Sequence record: SRR31156797_1365
Length of the DNA stretch: 56,190 bases
Reading direction: 5' to 3' (one strand)
The position numbers and the translations under genes were made by a program. Below, piece by piece: positions 1 to 10,050 of the stretch. The stretch's first letter is position 1, and each line of letters starts with the position of its first letter. The notes beneath the pieces were generated by a model, which worked only from the letters and a program-made list of their open reading frames with translations, did no database searches and was not told where the DNA came from.

Positions 1-239
1 AATAATGCTTTCGGGCAATAGATTTTTGCAAAGCAAAAACACGCTTAAACTTCTTTCTTTGGCAGGTTGCATGGACGAGCAGTTGCACTTATAGTGCAAC
101 GACCAGTCTCGTTTCTTTTTTCTTTTTAGAGAAGAAATAGAAATAAACATAAATATTACAAGTACCAAATGTTAAACTTATACAGGATTACTAAATTATC
201 TTGCAAGGTTTTCGTCTTAAACAGGGTTTATCTACAATC

Positions 240-265
240 TGAAAGGTGCTAAACTGCACCTTTCA
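240..265. terminator. Hairpin downstream of lgt, probable intrinsic terminator
   Basis: Perfect 10-bp stem TGAAAGGTGC-taaact-GCACCTTTCA, 24 bp past the lgt stop; U-tract is weak. Confidence 0.6.
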
Positions 266-288
266 TATTAATTGTTATTTTTTTATAA

Positions 289-1050
289 CTAGTTTGTAGC
301 AGAGTCTTCTCTGCGTTTATATATAGCAAATATTACAGCAGCTATTACTACAATCACCAATGATATTACCTGAGCAATTGACATAAACCCAACTGCAGGG
401 TTATGATCATTTCGCAAAAATTCAACACCGAATCTACCTGCTCCATATAAAATCAAGTATAATAATCCAACTTTACCGTTTTGTCTGTCTTTACTTGCAT
501 ACCATATCAATATCCCAGCAATAAGGAAATTACCAACACTGGATATTATCTGTGTAGGTATCAGCTTAACACCCGTTGGTGCCAGACATGCTTTGTTAAA
601 GACTATGCCGAATACTGAGTCTGTTTCCTTACCATAGCAGCATCCTGCTCCTAAGCACCCGATTCTGCCAAATCCTTGTGCAACTGATACTGATGGCATC
701 AACAAGTCAAAGTGTTCCAAAAAATTCAGTTTCTTTATTCTGCAGTAGATAATGGTAGCTGCAACACCTAAGATTATACCGCCATAAATAAGAAATCCTT
801 CTCCTGAAAAGAAATACTTAAGTGGTTCATCCAAAAATGCTTTAAAATTCTCTAAAAGATACATTATCTTTGCACCTAGGAATCCAAAAATAACAGCTAC
901 TATAATAATGTTAAATACATTATCTTTATCTAATCCTTTTTTACCAGCTCTGTAGTTAGCGAGAATGATTGCACAAAGCAATCCAATTGCTATCATAAGA
1001 CCGTACCCATGAACAGTAACTGGTCCTATTGTTAATATTTCACTAAACAA
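289..1050 (-). CDS. lgt: Prolipoprotein diacylglyceryl transferase
   Basis: Multi-TM protein with YGLM, YGG, GRIGC..GCCYG and RFGVEFLR Lgt motifs; TTG start after AAGGAGA. Confidence 0.92.
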   Translation of the reverse strand: MFSEILTIGPVTVHGYGLMIAIGLLCAIILANYRAGKKGLDKDNVFNIIIVAVIFGFLGAKIMYLLENFKAFLDEPLKYFFSGEGFLIYGGIILGVAATIIYCRIKKLNFLEHFDLLMPSVSVAQGFGRIGCLGAGCCYGKETDSVFGIVFNKACLAPTGVKLIPTQIISSVGNFLIAGILIWYASKDRQNGKVGLLYLILYGAGRFGVEFLRNDHNPAVGFMSIAQVISLVIVVIAAVIFAIYKRREDSATN

Positions 1051-1197
1051 TTCTTATCTCCTTATTATGTATTTATTATTGCTTTAATATTTTATCACAA
1101 AAGTATAAATATTTCACCTTTATCAAATAGTATCTATTATTAGGAATTTAATCACTAAAAATATTTTTTAAAAAAACACACAAAAGTTTAGCTTTAA

Positions 1198-1231
1198 AAA
1201 CACTATATTTTGATAGTGTTTATGATATACT
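1198..1231 (+). promoter_or_regulatory. Inverted repeat next to the extended -10 of zupT, candidate operator
   Basis: AAACACTAT-N6-ATAGTGTTT (1198-1221) followed by TGaTATACT (1223-1231). Confidence 0.4.
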
Positions 1232-1260
1232 TTTACATATAAATACTAAAGGAGAAGAAT

Positions 1261-2082
1261 ATGCTACAATCAAATACAGTATTATTTGCTTTGGGATTAA
1301 CTCTATTTGCAGGTTTATCAACCGGTATCGGAAGTACAATCGCATTCTTTGCAAAGAGGACAAATACAAAATTTCTTTCAGTTTCTCTTGGATTTTCTGC
1401 TGGCGTTATGATATATGTTTCATTTATTGAGATATTCTTTGAAGCGAAGGAGTCCTTGGTAGGAGCACTAGGTGAAGTAAAAGGAAGCTGGATAACAGTT
1501 GCATCATTCTTTGGCGGGATTATACTAATAGCATTAATTGATAAGCTGGTTCCAGCACTAGAAAATCCACATGAAGTAAGAAGTATTGAAGATATGAACA
1601 ATGCCTCTGACGAGGTAATAAAGGATACCAAAAAGCTTATGAACACTGGATTGTATGCAGCACTGGCAATCGCTATTCATAACTTTCCAGAAGGTATTGC
1701 AACATTTGCAGCAGCGATTAACGACCCTTCCCTTGGTATAGCTATCGCAGTAGCAATCGCTATTCACAATATTCCAGAGGGCATTGCTGTATCTGTTCCA
1801 ATATATTTTGCAACAGGAGACAAGAAAAAAGCATTCTGGTACTCTTTCCTCTCAGGTGTTTCTGAACCGCTGGGAGCATTACTAGCATTCTTAATATTGA
1901 TGCCTTATATCAATGATGTAATCTTCGGTATTCTGTTTGCTTCAGTTGCAGGCATTATGGTGTTCATTGCACTGGATGAACTGCTTCCAGCTTCTAGAGA
2001 ATATGGTGAATCTCATCTCTCACTGTATGGACTGCTTTCAGGAATGGCTGTAATGGCATTAAGCCTGCTGTTATTTATTTAA
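1261..2082 (+). CDS. zupT: ZIP family divalent metal (zinc) transporter
   Basis: HNFPEG and HNIPEG ZIP signatures, about 8 TM segments, RBS AAGGAG. Confidence 0.93.
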   Translation: MLQSNTVLFALGLTLFAGLSTGIGSTIAFFAKRTNTKFLSVSLGFSAGVMIYVSFIEIFFEAKESLVGALGEVKGSWITVASFFGGIILIALIDKLVPALENPHEVRSIEDMNNASDEVIKDTKKLMNTGLYAALAIAIHNFPEGIATFAAAINDPSLGIAIAVAIAIHNIPEGIAVSVPIYFATGDKKKAFWYSFLSGVSEPLGALLAFLILMPYINDVIFGILFASVAGIMVFIALDELLPASREYGESHLSLYGLLSGMAVMALSLLLFI

Positions 2083-2475
2083 TAATATATATAAATATTA
2101 ATAATGCAAAAATGATTTATATTTAGTGCTGATACTAATTTTATATAATGCATTTCAATGCTGTCAGTTAATCATTATTAATTATATATGCATTTGTTCA
2201 TTTTCTCCTACGCTAATAAAAAGGTAGCTTTCTTCAGAGGAAATTTCTTCTTCTGAATTAGTATTGTATTAGCATGCATTTAAATATGGAAATATTTTAA
2301 TTTCTTCATATGTTAAATATGATTAAAACAAAATAACAACTACCATAATAGTTTTATGCTAATAGCAATTACATTTGCTTATCAATTTACGCTATTATAC
2401 CTGGACACACAATTAGGCTCTTCTATATAATAAATCATGGTTTTATCCATATATTAACTATTAAAGGGGTTTATT

Positions 2476-2565
2476 ATGTCAACACGACAATCCGATATTT
2501 TAGAGCTACTATATGAAGTCCACGAATATATTTTGTTTTTTGAACAAAATATATACATGTTATGA
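2476..2565 (+). CDS. Putative 29-aa small protein MSTRQSDILELLYEVHEYILFFEQNIYML (absent from the ORF track)
   Basis: RBS AAAGGGG upstream of ATG; candidate promoter TGGACA(2402)-18-TATAAT(2426). Confidence 0.4.
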   Translation: MSTRQSDILELLYEVHEYILFFEQNIYML

Positions 2566-2620
2566 TTAAGTGATTGTGAAATATTTTTATTTATAATATA
2601 TGACCTCAACTAATAATGAT

Positions 2621-3664
2621 TTAGAAGCATCTTCCCTTTTCATCTTTAGTACACTTATTACCTGCATTATGTTTTCCGCAGTGATAACATATTTCATGTG
2701 TCAATGGTCCATTTCCTAAATATTCATTGAAATTACTAATTGTTGTCTCTGCAATATTGCTTAATGCCTCATATGTCAAAAAGGCTTGATGCGATGTAAT
2801 AATAACATTGGGAAATGTTAATAATCTGGATAAAACATCATCGGGAATTATCTCCTGAGAAAAATCTTCAAAGAAATAATTCATCTCTTCTTCGTATACA
2901 TCCAGTGCAGCACCGCCTAGTTTCTTACCCAATAGCCCTTCAATCAGAGCTTTAGTATCAATCAATCCCCCTCGAGATGTGTTCAGTATAATTACACCCT
3001 CTCTCATTATTGTGATTGATTCCTTGTTTATCATATGATGAGTATCATTATTCAAAGGACAGTGAAGAGATATTATATGACTTTGTTTGTAGAGTTCATT
3101 TAATTCAACATATTTAAAATCCACATCCTTTTTGGGATATTTATCATATGCAATTACTTTCATTCCAAAGCCTTTGCATATATCAGCAAAGATAAGTCCA
3201 ATCTTACCAGTTCCAATAATGCCCATTATTTTACCGTGTAAATCCATTCCAGTTAAGCCGTTAATGCTGAAATTATTATCTCGTACTCTTGCATATGCTT
3301 TATGAGTTTTCCTATTTAGTGTCAGAAGCAGTGCCATAGCATGTTCAGCAACAGCGTATGGAGAATAAGCCGGAACATTCAATACATGAACCCTCTTATA
3401 CGCATGACGAATATCAACATTATTATATCCAGCACAGCGCATCAAGACTGCTTGTATCTCCATATCATATAATGCATCAATAACTTCCTTGTCAATAGTA
3501 TCATTAACGAATGCACAAACTGCATCTGATCCCTTTGCAAGTGGTACAGTATCAATGGTTAATTTGCTTTCCAAAAATTTGTATGTAATATCTGTATACT
3601 CTATCTTATCAAATGATAAAATATCATATGGCTTGCTATCGTAAAAAACTATTCTTTTATTCAT
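2621..3664 (-). CDS. ldhA: D-lactate dehydrogenase-like D-2-hydroxyacid dehydrogenase
   Basis: RCAGYNNVD, VPAYSPYAVAEH, GTGKIG, NTSRG, LDVYEEE and HQAF motifs of the LdhA subfamily. Confidence 0.85.
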   Translation of the reverse strand: MNKRIVFYDSKPYDILSFDKIEYTDITYKFLESKLTIDTVPLAKGSDAVCAFVNDTIDKEVIDALYDMEIQAVLMRCAGYNNVDIRHAYKRVHVLNVPAYSPYAVAEHAMALLLTLNRKTHKAYARVRDNNFSINGLTGMDLHGKIMGIIGTGKIGLIFADICKGFGMKVIAYDKYPKKDVDFKYVELNELYKQSHIISLHCPLNNDTHHMINKESITIMREGVIILNTSRGGLIDTKALIEGLLGKKLGGAALDVYEEEMNYFFEDFSQEIIPDDVLSRLLTFPNVIITSHQAFLTYEALSNIAETTISNFNEYLGNGPLTHEICYHCGKHNAGNKCTKDEKGRCF

Positions 3665-3925
3665 ATTTCTTCCTTTATATTGTATTAGTAAGTATCACTC
3701 TCTTAATCGTATAATAATACTTTTACTTATGCATAAAACAAGATTGTTTGTTAAATACGTGATACTCATTTAATATTCTTTTATTTTCATTCTCATCCTA
3801 TTATATATTACTGTGCATTAATTCAATGGTAGTCTTTTCCATTTTGAGCATCTTTGTATTGTGATTATGTCTACTTATATGTTAGTATCATTATATAATC
3901 TAAGATAATAATGAGGTAACTACAT

Positions 3926-4270
3926 ATGAAGCTCAGCGGTACATGCATATTTACAAATGATGTTTTAACGCTTTCAGAATTCTACGAATTCATTTTGATG
4001 GAAGAACCTGAAGGTGACAAAATACATATGTCTTTTAATAACTCACAACTGGCGATTTACAATCCTGGTAATGTTATTATCTCCAAGCACAAAAACATGT
4101 CACTAATGTATACTGTGGATGATGTTGACATGCATTATAATCGGTTAAGTAACTCAGAATATAATATAGAATTTGTTAGAGCTCCTGAAAATATGCCCTG
4201 GGGAGTTCGCTCGTTTATTTTCAAAGATTTAGATGGAAATGAAGTCAGCATTTTGACTCCTATAAAATAA
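3926..4270 (+). CDS. VOC/glyoxalase family protein
   Basis: 114 aa with VDDVD and PWGVRSFIFKDLDGN motifs; RBS GAGGT. Confidence 0.8.
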   Translation: MKLSGTCIFTNDVLTLSEFYEFILMEEPEGDKIHMSFNNSQLAIYNPGNVIISKHKNMSLMYTVDDVDMHYNRLSNSEYNIEFVRAPENMPWGVRSFIFKDLDGNEVSILTPIK

Positions 4271-4313
4271 TATAATTAAATTAATGATATTGAAGATAAT
4301 TCTTTTTAAGTAG

Positions 4314-4631
4314 TTAGCTGCTTTTCTTTCTTCTTTTTATTGTTTCTAATAAATGTCGTACTGCAATTATTGGATGATGTAATATCAATCTAGGACCAGA
4401 GAATCTCATGACCTGACGGATTTTCTCCCTCATATCTGCCTTATAGCAATGAGTTTGGCAAACGTTGCATGATGTCTTCTCATCACCATATCTGCATTTT
4501 TCCAGCCTTTTTACTGCGTAATCATTTAGAGCAGTGCATTCATTACATAGCTCCTTACCGTAATGATTTTTCTTGCAGTATAGCTCAATCATAAAACTTA
4601 CAGCCTGCTTTTCCTTTTCGATTTTGGTCAT
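4314..4631 (-). CDS. YgbA family (nitrous oxide-stimulated promoter family) Cys-rich protein
   Basis: MIELYC..LCxxC..RLEKC..CxxCxxHCY..MRFSGPR pattern; start moved to ATG 4631, which follows GGAGAGG. Confidence 0.85.
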   Translation of the reverse strand: MTKIEKEKQAVSFMIELYCKKNHYGKELCNECTALNDYAVKRLEKCRYGDEKTSCNVCQTHCYKADMREKIRQVMRFSGPRLILHHPIIAVRHLLETIKRRKKSS

Positions 4632-4710
4632 TATATTCCTCTCCATTTAGCTGATTACAAATTCACAAATTTTTAATCTTATTGTACCATATAAATACCA
4701 AAACACATAA

Positions 4711-4738
4711 ATAAGATGCACCAATTGATACATCTTAT
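4711..4738 (-). terminator. Intrinsic terminator of the sugar catabolic operon
   Basis: ATAAGATG...CATCTTAT stem extended by G-U pairs, followed by a T-rich run on the minus strand. Confidence 0.55.
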
Positions 4739-4764
4739 CCCCAATTATCTTTAGAGGAATATTA

Positions 4765-5202
4765 CTAAACTACTACACCCTTTTTCAAAATAATATTAGC
4801 ATAAAGTGCTGGTTCGCTAGTCGCAACTATCACAAACGCCTTCTTTGCTCTTTCATAGAATGCAAAGCGTTCAATATGCAGGAAGTCATTTTTTATTCCA
4901 TTTGATTCTTCACTTTCCTTTATAACTTTTTTATATTCATCCCAGATTGGTGTCTTTACATCATCACCAGGGACTACTTCCATCAACATTGCTGGCTGGT
5001 CGACATATGGATCAAGTGGATAGTACTCAAGAATAGCTTCCAATATTTCAGGTATATTATGTCCGTCCATACGTACTACTCTTTTGCCATATTCGCATGC
5101 TGGGAAGTTCCCGTCTGCTAATACCAGCTCATCGCCGTGCCCCATCTCCATCATAATCTTTACCAATTCAGGTGATAGTATATTTGGTATTTTCTTCAGC
5201 AT
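4765..5202 (-). CDS. fucU: RbsD/FucU family sugar mutarotase (L-fucose mutarotase-like)
   Basis: MGHGDELVLADGNFP, ERFAFYERAK and YANIILKKGV motifs. Confidence 0.85.
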   Translation of the reverse strand: MLKKIPNILSPELVKIMMEMGHGDELVLADGNFPACEYGKRVVRMDGHNIPEILEAILEYYPLDPYVDQPAMLMEVVPGDDVKTPIWDEYKKVIKESEESNGIKNDFLHIERFAFYERAKKAFVIVATSEPALYANIILKKGVVV

Positions 5203-5230
5203 TACTTTATTCCTCCTTCAATATTTGAGA

Positions 5231-6253
5231 TTATTTTGTTATTGTACCATCTTCATCCCATAAATCATGCCAGTCCTTAGCACCTTCCCATAGGAAAACC
5301 TGACCTTTAATAAGTCTACAGTTTGCATCAACTGCAGCAAGCTTCACCATTTCTTCGTCTGTCAATGGATCAACTGTTGTGCTTAATAGGTTACTGTAAT
5401 ATTCATTTTCACGTACAGAGAATGGAATTGGTGAATGCCCATTCTGAACTGCCCATTTCAAGCATATAACTGCAGGATGGACGTTGTGTGCCTTAGCAAC
5501 TTCTACAACAATTTCTTCCTCAATATCAACCAAGTCGTTTTCTGTCTTGTCTCTATCTGGTCTGGTTGGTGAGCCAATTGGGCAGAAACCTATCACCTCT
5601 ATTCCAGCTTCTTTGCAGTAATCAAATAATTCTTTCTGCTGAAATGTTGGATGCAGTTCCATTTCAATCACCTGCGGTTTTATTCTACATAATGGCAGTA
5701 CGGCATCAAGCTTTGGAATAGTCATTGATGACATACCGATTGTCTTTGCCAGCCCCATGTCATATATTTTCTCCATCTGTCTCCATGTAGCCATAAATCT
5801 CTCTACAGAGAATGGTACTGAATCAGGATTTCTTGAATCTCCATCACAACCTGGTGCATGATAATTGGGGAATGGCCAGTGAACAAAATATGCATCCACA
5901 TAATCTAACTGTAAGTCCTTCAATGTCTTTGCAAGCGACAGCAGTACATCGCCCCTACCCTGCATGTCGTTCCATACTTTTGAAGTTATAAACAGCTCTT
6001 CTCTATTTACTTTTCCTTCTTCTATAGCTTTTGCAAATACTTGACCGATTAGATCTTCATTGCCGTATACTGATGCGCAATCAAACATTCTATAACCAAC
6101 ATCAATAGCTCCGGCTACTGCCCCTGCAACCTGCTCAGGTGTAAATCTGTCTGAACCAAATGTTCCCATACCCATACATGGCATTTCCAAACCATTTGAC
6201 AACTGTCTTTTTGGAACTAATTTAGGATCAATGGGTTTAAATTCACTTGTCAT
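5231..6253 (-). CDS. Aldo/keto reductase, aldose reductase-like
   Basis: GMGTF, FDCASVY (catalytic D/Y), ITSKVW (K), VHWP (H). Confidence 0.9.
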   Translation of the reverse strand: MTSEFKPIDPKLVPKRQLSNGLEMPCMGMGTFGSDRFTPEQVAGAVAGAIDVGYRMFDCASVYGNEDLIGQVFAKAIEEGKVNREELFITSKVWNDMQGRGDVLLSLAKTLKDLQLDYVDAYFVHWPFPNYHAPGCDGDSRNPDSVPFSVERFMATWRQMEKIYDMGLAKTIGMSSMTIPKLDAVLPLCRIKPQVIEMELHPTFQQKELFDYCKEAGIEVIGFCPIGSPTRPDRDKTENDLVDIEEEIVVEVAKAHNVHPAVICLKWAVQNGHSPIPFSVRENEYYSNLLSTTVDPLTDEEMVKLAAVDANCRLIKGQVFLWEGAKDWHDLWDEDGTITK

Positions 6254-6265
6254 AATACTTCTCCT

Positions 6266-7327
6266 TTATTCATTAATTAATAATACTTTGCCCTTTACTT
6301 GTTTTGGATTCCTGTACAAATTAAATGCTTCATCACACTTTGACATTGGGAATTTCTTATATATCATAGCATCATCAAATTTTAATTCGCCATTTCCGTA
6401 GTAGAATGCCGTCATCTCCCATTCTCTCCCCGGGAACGGTGCAGAATAGCTCATCCAAGAGCCAGTTAATCTAAACTCTTTCCTGTTCATCTGCTCCCAC
6501 TGCTTCTGTGCAAATGTCAAATCTGCATGTGGAGTACCAATAAAGCAGACATTTGATTTATTACCAGCTAACTTGAATGCCAAGTGCATTGTAGGTGTAG
6601 CGCCTGCTGTCTCAAAAACATATTCAAAGCCTTTTTTACCAATTATTTCACCCAAACGATGTTCAAAATCCTTATCCAAAGTATTCAGAGCATAGTCAAC
6701 TCCCATTTTCTTTGCCAATGCAAGTCTGTCATTATCTATGTCAAAGACCACTACTCTCTTTGCTCCCAAGATACGTGTCCACTGTGCAGTAAACAGTCCA
6801 ATATTACCGCAGCCAAGAATAGCCACATCATACCCGCCCTTAAAATCATTCAGCAGTACACCGTGAAGTCCTACTGTAGATGGCTCAAAAAGCGCACCCT
6901 GCTCATAAGGAATACTCTTATCAAATACGACTGCATTTTCTTCCGGTATTACTACATACTCTGCGAATGCTCCCTGCTCACGTGAACCAATAAAGCTGTA
7001 ATTCTTGCACAGTGAATAGTTACCCTTCTGGCAGTCACTACATTTCATACATGGCTTTAGAGGTGCTCCCGAAACTCTGTCACCAACTTTAACTTTCCCA
7101 ACACCCTCGCCAATTTCTACAACATCACCAGAAAACTCATGCCCTAACACATTAGGATAATAATGAGATTCGTTGCCCAATACACGTGGCACATCCGACC
7201 CACATATGCCGCATACCTTTACTTTTATCTTTACGTATCCTGGCTTAACCTGAGGTTCTTCGAAATCTGCATATCTGATATCATCCTTTGCAAATAAAAC
7301 TGCTGCCTTCAAATTTGTATCCTCCAA
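6266..7327 (-). CDS. Zn-dependent alditol-phosphate dehydrogenase, galactitol-1-phosphate 5-dehydrogenase (GatD)-like
   Basis: CGICGSD, GHEFSG, structural-Zn CxxCxxC-x7-C, GCGNIG; C-terminal GSWMSYSAPFPGREW resembles GatD; TTG start. Confidence 0.82.
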   Translation of the reverse strand: MEDTNLKAAVLFAKDDIRYADFEEPQVKPGYVKIKVKVCGICGSDVPRVLGNESHYYPNVLGHEFSGDVVEIGEGVGKVKVGDRVSGAPLKPCMKCSDCQKGNYSLCKNYSFIGSREQGAFAEYVVIPEENAVVFDKSIPYEQGALFEPSTVGLHGVLLNDFKGGYDVAILGCGNIGLFTAQWTRILGAKRVVVFDIDNDRLALAKKMGVDYALNTLDKDFEHRLGEIIGKKGFEYVFETAGATPTMHLAFKLAGNKSNVCFIGTPHADLTFAQKQWEQMNRKEFRLTGSWMSYSAPFPGREWEMTAFYYGNGELKFDDAMIYKKFPMSKCDEAFNLYRNPKQVKGKVLLINE

Positions 7328-7337
7328 AATTTATATT

Positions 7338-8849
7338 CTAGGATTCTGCCATCAAATCCTTTAAATTGCTGTATAGTTTGAGATATGTTTTGTAATTTTT
7401 CTTATAAGCATCAATATCAGGTTTCGCCTTATGCTCTCGCACGATATTTACGCATTTATCCACTGCTTCATCAAAATCCTTGTACACTCCAACGCCTACA
7501 CCTGCAAGCATTGCAGCTCCCATTGTAGCCGAAGTATCTGAGGACGGTACCGATATATCTTTACCAGTAATATCTGATTTTATCTGTGTCCATAGCAGAG
7601 AATTAGCCGAACCGCCAGTAGCATGAAGAGAGCCAACATATGCACCTGCAGCCTCAGCCACTTCTATATTATGTTTTAATGAAAATGCCACTGCCTCAAA
7701 GCATGCTCTAATCAGATGTGCTCTTGTCTTTGAAAAATCAAGACCATAGAAAACACCTTTTGCATTATTGTCCCATATTGGCGAACGCTCTCCAGACATA
7801 TATGGCAAAAATACCACTCCATCGCTGCCAGCAGTTATTTTTTTCGCCTCTAAGTTCATTTCATCAAATGAACTTATACCTTTTGTTTTTACATTATTGC
7901 GCTCTAATTCACAGAACTCCTTTTCAAACCAGCGAATGACTCCGCCGCCGCCAACAGTTCCTCCCTGCAGCAGCCATTTTTGCGGAACCACATGATATCC
8001 TAAAATCAATCTCTTATCTGCTTTATATTCCTCTAGGCAAATACTCATGCCTCCGGCCTGACCGCCCTGCTCCTGTGTTTGCCCTGCCTTAATTACTCCA
8101 GCTCCTAATGTACCGCATGCAGCATCCAATCCTCCAGCGACTACAGGAGTACCTACAGATAGCAGAGTAGCCAATGCAGCTTCTTTAGTAATCTTACCTA
8201 CAACCTCATGGCATTGATAGATATTTTCTGGAAGCATATTAATATCTATTCCTAGCTTATCTGCCATTTCAGCATTCCATTGACCTTTTCGCATATCAAA
8301 GCAATGAAGCCCATATCCCTGAGAAATATCTTGAGATATTTTGTCTGTCAGACGATAAACTATAAAGCTATTAGACTGGAGTATTTTAAAAGTGTTTTTG
8401 TAAACTTCAGGTAAGTTTTCCTTGTACCATAGGATTTTAGGAGTTGTGTACATCGGTTCTATGGGATTTCCGCACAGTGAAAAAATTTCATCTTCGCCAA
8501 TTTCACTCTTTAATTTGTCGCATATGTCATTTGCTCTGGTATCCATCCATATCGGTGTATTGTTAAGTACTTTGCCATCTTTATCAATTGCAATAGCTGA
8601 CCATGACTGTCCATCAATACCTACACCCTTTATTCTTTCAGAGTGAATATTGTTTTCTGTAATCAACCTTTTAACAGCTTCGACAACAGCTTCCCACCAA
8701 TGATTGGGATTCTGCTCTACCCAGCCGTCTTTTACGTAATATACATCATATTTACTGGTTGTGGAAGCAATAACTTTGCCAAATTCATCAAATACTGCTG
8801 CTTTACAAGCTGATGTTCCTATATCAATTCCTAATAACAAATTATTCAT
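7338..8849 (-). CDS. FGGY family carbohydrate kinase, xylulokinase-like, substrate unknown
   Basis: GIDIGTS, WMDTRA, FLPYMSGERSPIWD and GGSANS motifs. Confidence 0.9.
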   Translation of the reverse strand: MNNLLLGIDIGTSACKAAVFDEFGKVIASTTSKYDVYYVKDGWVEQNPNHWWEAVVEAVKRLITENNIHSERIKGVGIDGQSWSAIAIDKDGKVLNNTPIWMDTRANDICDKLKSEIGEDEIFSLCGNPIEPMYTTPKILWYKENLPEVYKNTFKILQSNSFIVYRLTDKISQDISQGYGLHCFDMRKGQWNAEMADKLGIDINMLPENIYQCHEVVGKITKEAALATLLSVGTPVVAGGLDAACGTLGAGVIKAGQTQEQGGQAGGMSICLEEYKADKRLILGYHVVPQKWLLQGGTVGGGGVIRWFEKEFCELERNNVKTKGISSFDEMNLEAKKITAGSDGVVFLPYMSGERSPIWDNNAKGVFYGLDFSKTRAHLIRACFEAVAFSLKHNIEVAEAAGAYVGSLHATGGSANSLLWTQIKSDITGKDISVPSSDTSATMGAAMLAGVGVGVYKDFDEAVDKCVNIVREHKAKPDIDAYKKNYKTYLKLYSNLKDLMAES

Positions 8850-8859
8850 ATCATCCTCT

Positions 8860-8873
8860 GCGTAACGTTTCGC
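8860..8873. promoter_or_regulatory. LacI-family operator, copy 1 (before the FGGY kinase)
   Basis: GCGTAACGTTTCGC, 1 mismatch to the palindrome GCGAAACGTTTCGC, next to the RBS. Confidence 0.75.
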
Positions 8874-8917
8874 TCTGCCGCATAATTATCACCTAATTAC
8901 TAATATAATTGAGTTGT

Positions 8918-9928
8918 TTACAGCTTTGCTACGGATTCTCTTTCAATCAATGTGGTCAATAATTGTATCTTCTTCTTTGCCTTTGGTACATCTTCGCCTA
9001 ATCTCTTCAGCATCAAATTTGCAGTATTCTTCCCAATTTCATCAAGTGGCTGATCTACAATTGTCAGCTTTGGCTTCACAATTCTTGATAGTTGAAGATT
9101 ATCAAATCCAATAAATGATAAATCATCTGGTATCTTTATTCCTAATTCATTTATTGCAATTATTGCACCTAAAGTCATCTCATAGTTTGTAACAAAGACT
9201 GCAGTAATTTTTTTATTATCTTTTACCAAATTCTTTAGACTTTCATAACCGCCCTGAACTGTGTAATTACTGAATATAATATTACCCTTATTAATATCGA
9301 TATTCTTTTTCCTAAAAGCAATTTTATATCCTTTGAGACGTTCAGTAGATGTGAAGATATCCTCTGGACCAACTATTATGCCAATCTGGCTATGATTATT
9401 ATTTACCAGATGTGTAATTGCTTTTTCAGATGCAGTAACGTTATCTACCATAACTACATCAGCCTCAATATCACTCAACATTCTGTCTATCAGGATTATA
9501 GGTATGTTAGCATCAATAGCCTGCTTTAGAAATTGTCCGCTTCTGGAAACCGGCATACATATAATGCCGTCTACTCTCTTTGACATCAGAAAGCTGACAA
9601 CATCTTTTTCCAGCTTTTCATTCGTTCTGCAATCAGTAACGAAAACGCTATATCCATTATTTCTCAATATATCTTCTATTACTGTAATTATACTTGTAAC
9701 GAATATATTGCTTAGCTCTGGAATTATTATCCCCACCGTCTTTGACTTCGAAGTTTTTAGGCTTCTAGCAAATTCGTTTACTGTATAGTCCAGCTCCTTT
9801 ATGGCTTTCTCAATAGCAATTTTATTTTTCTCCAATACATTACCGCCATTTAAGTATTTTGATATTGTTGCTAGACCTAATCCAGTTTGATTTGCTATAT
9901 CTTTTATTGTTGTACCCATTTTATTCAT
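8918..9928 (-). CDS. LacI family transcriptional regulator
   Basis: TIKDIA..GLGLATISKYLN HTH, hinge ARSL, sugar-binding domain with IPDDLSFIGFD; start may be ATG 9919. Confidence 0.93.
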   Translation of the reverse strand: MNKMGTTIKDIANQTGLGLATISKYLNGGNVLEKNKIAIEKAIKELDYTVNEFARSLKTSKSKTVGIIIPELSNIFVTSIITVIEDILRNNGYSVFVTDCRTNEKLEKDVVSFLMSKRVDGIICMPVSRSGQFLKQAIDANIPIILIDRMLSDIEADVVMVDNVTASEKAITHLVNNNHSQIGIIVGPEDIFTSTERLKGYKIAFRKKNIDINKGNIIFSNYTVQGGYESLKNLVKDNKKITAVFVTNYEMTLGAIIAINELGIKIPDDLSFIGFDNLQLSRIVKPKLTIVDQPLDEIGKNTANLMLKRLGEDVPKAKKKIQLLTTLIERESVAKL

Positions 9929-9946
9929 CCATATCTTGTTTCATAA

Positions 9947-9960
9947 GCGAAACGTTTCGT
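9947..9960. promoter_or_regulatory. LacI-family operator, copy 2 (autoregulation)
   Basis: GCGAAACGTTTCGT just downstream of the lacI-like gene promoter. Confidence 0.8.
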
Positions 9961-9972
9961 TGTAATGGGTTA

Positions 9973-10001
9973 AGTATAAGTCCAGTATATGTATTTGTCA
10001 A
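9973..10001 (-). promoter_or_regulatory. Sigma-A promoter of the LacI gene
   Basis: TTGACA-17-TATACT on the minus strand. Confidence 0.75.
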
Positions 10002-10050
10002 GTACTGAACATAAAGATTCATTTAACTCAATGAAAATATCCAATATATT

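Noticed and set aside
1233..1646. 137-aa minus-strand ORF
   Set aside because: Antisense shadow of zupT with no family motifs
2178..2209. Minus-strand AGGAG-AAA-ATG mini-ORF (MNKCIYN)
   Set aside because: Only 7 codons, RBS spacing too short, no clear promoter
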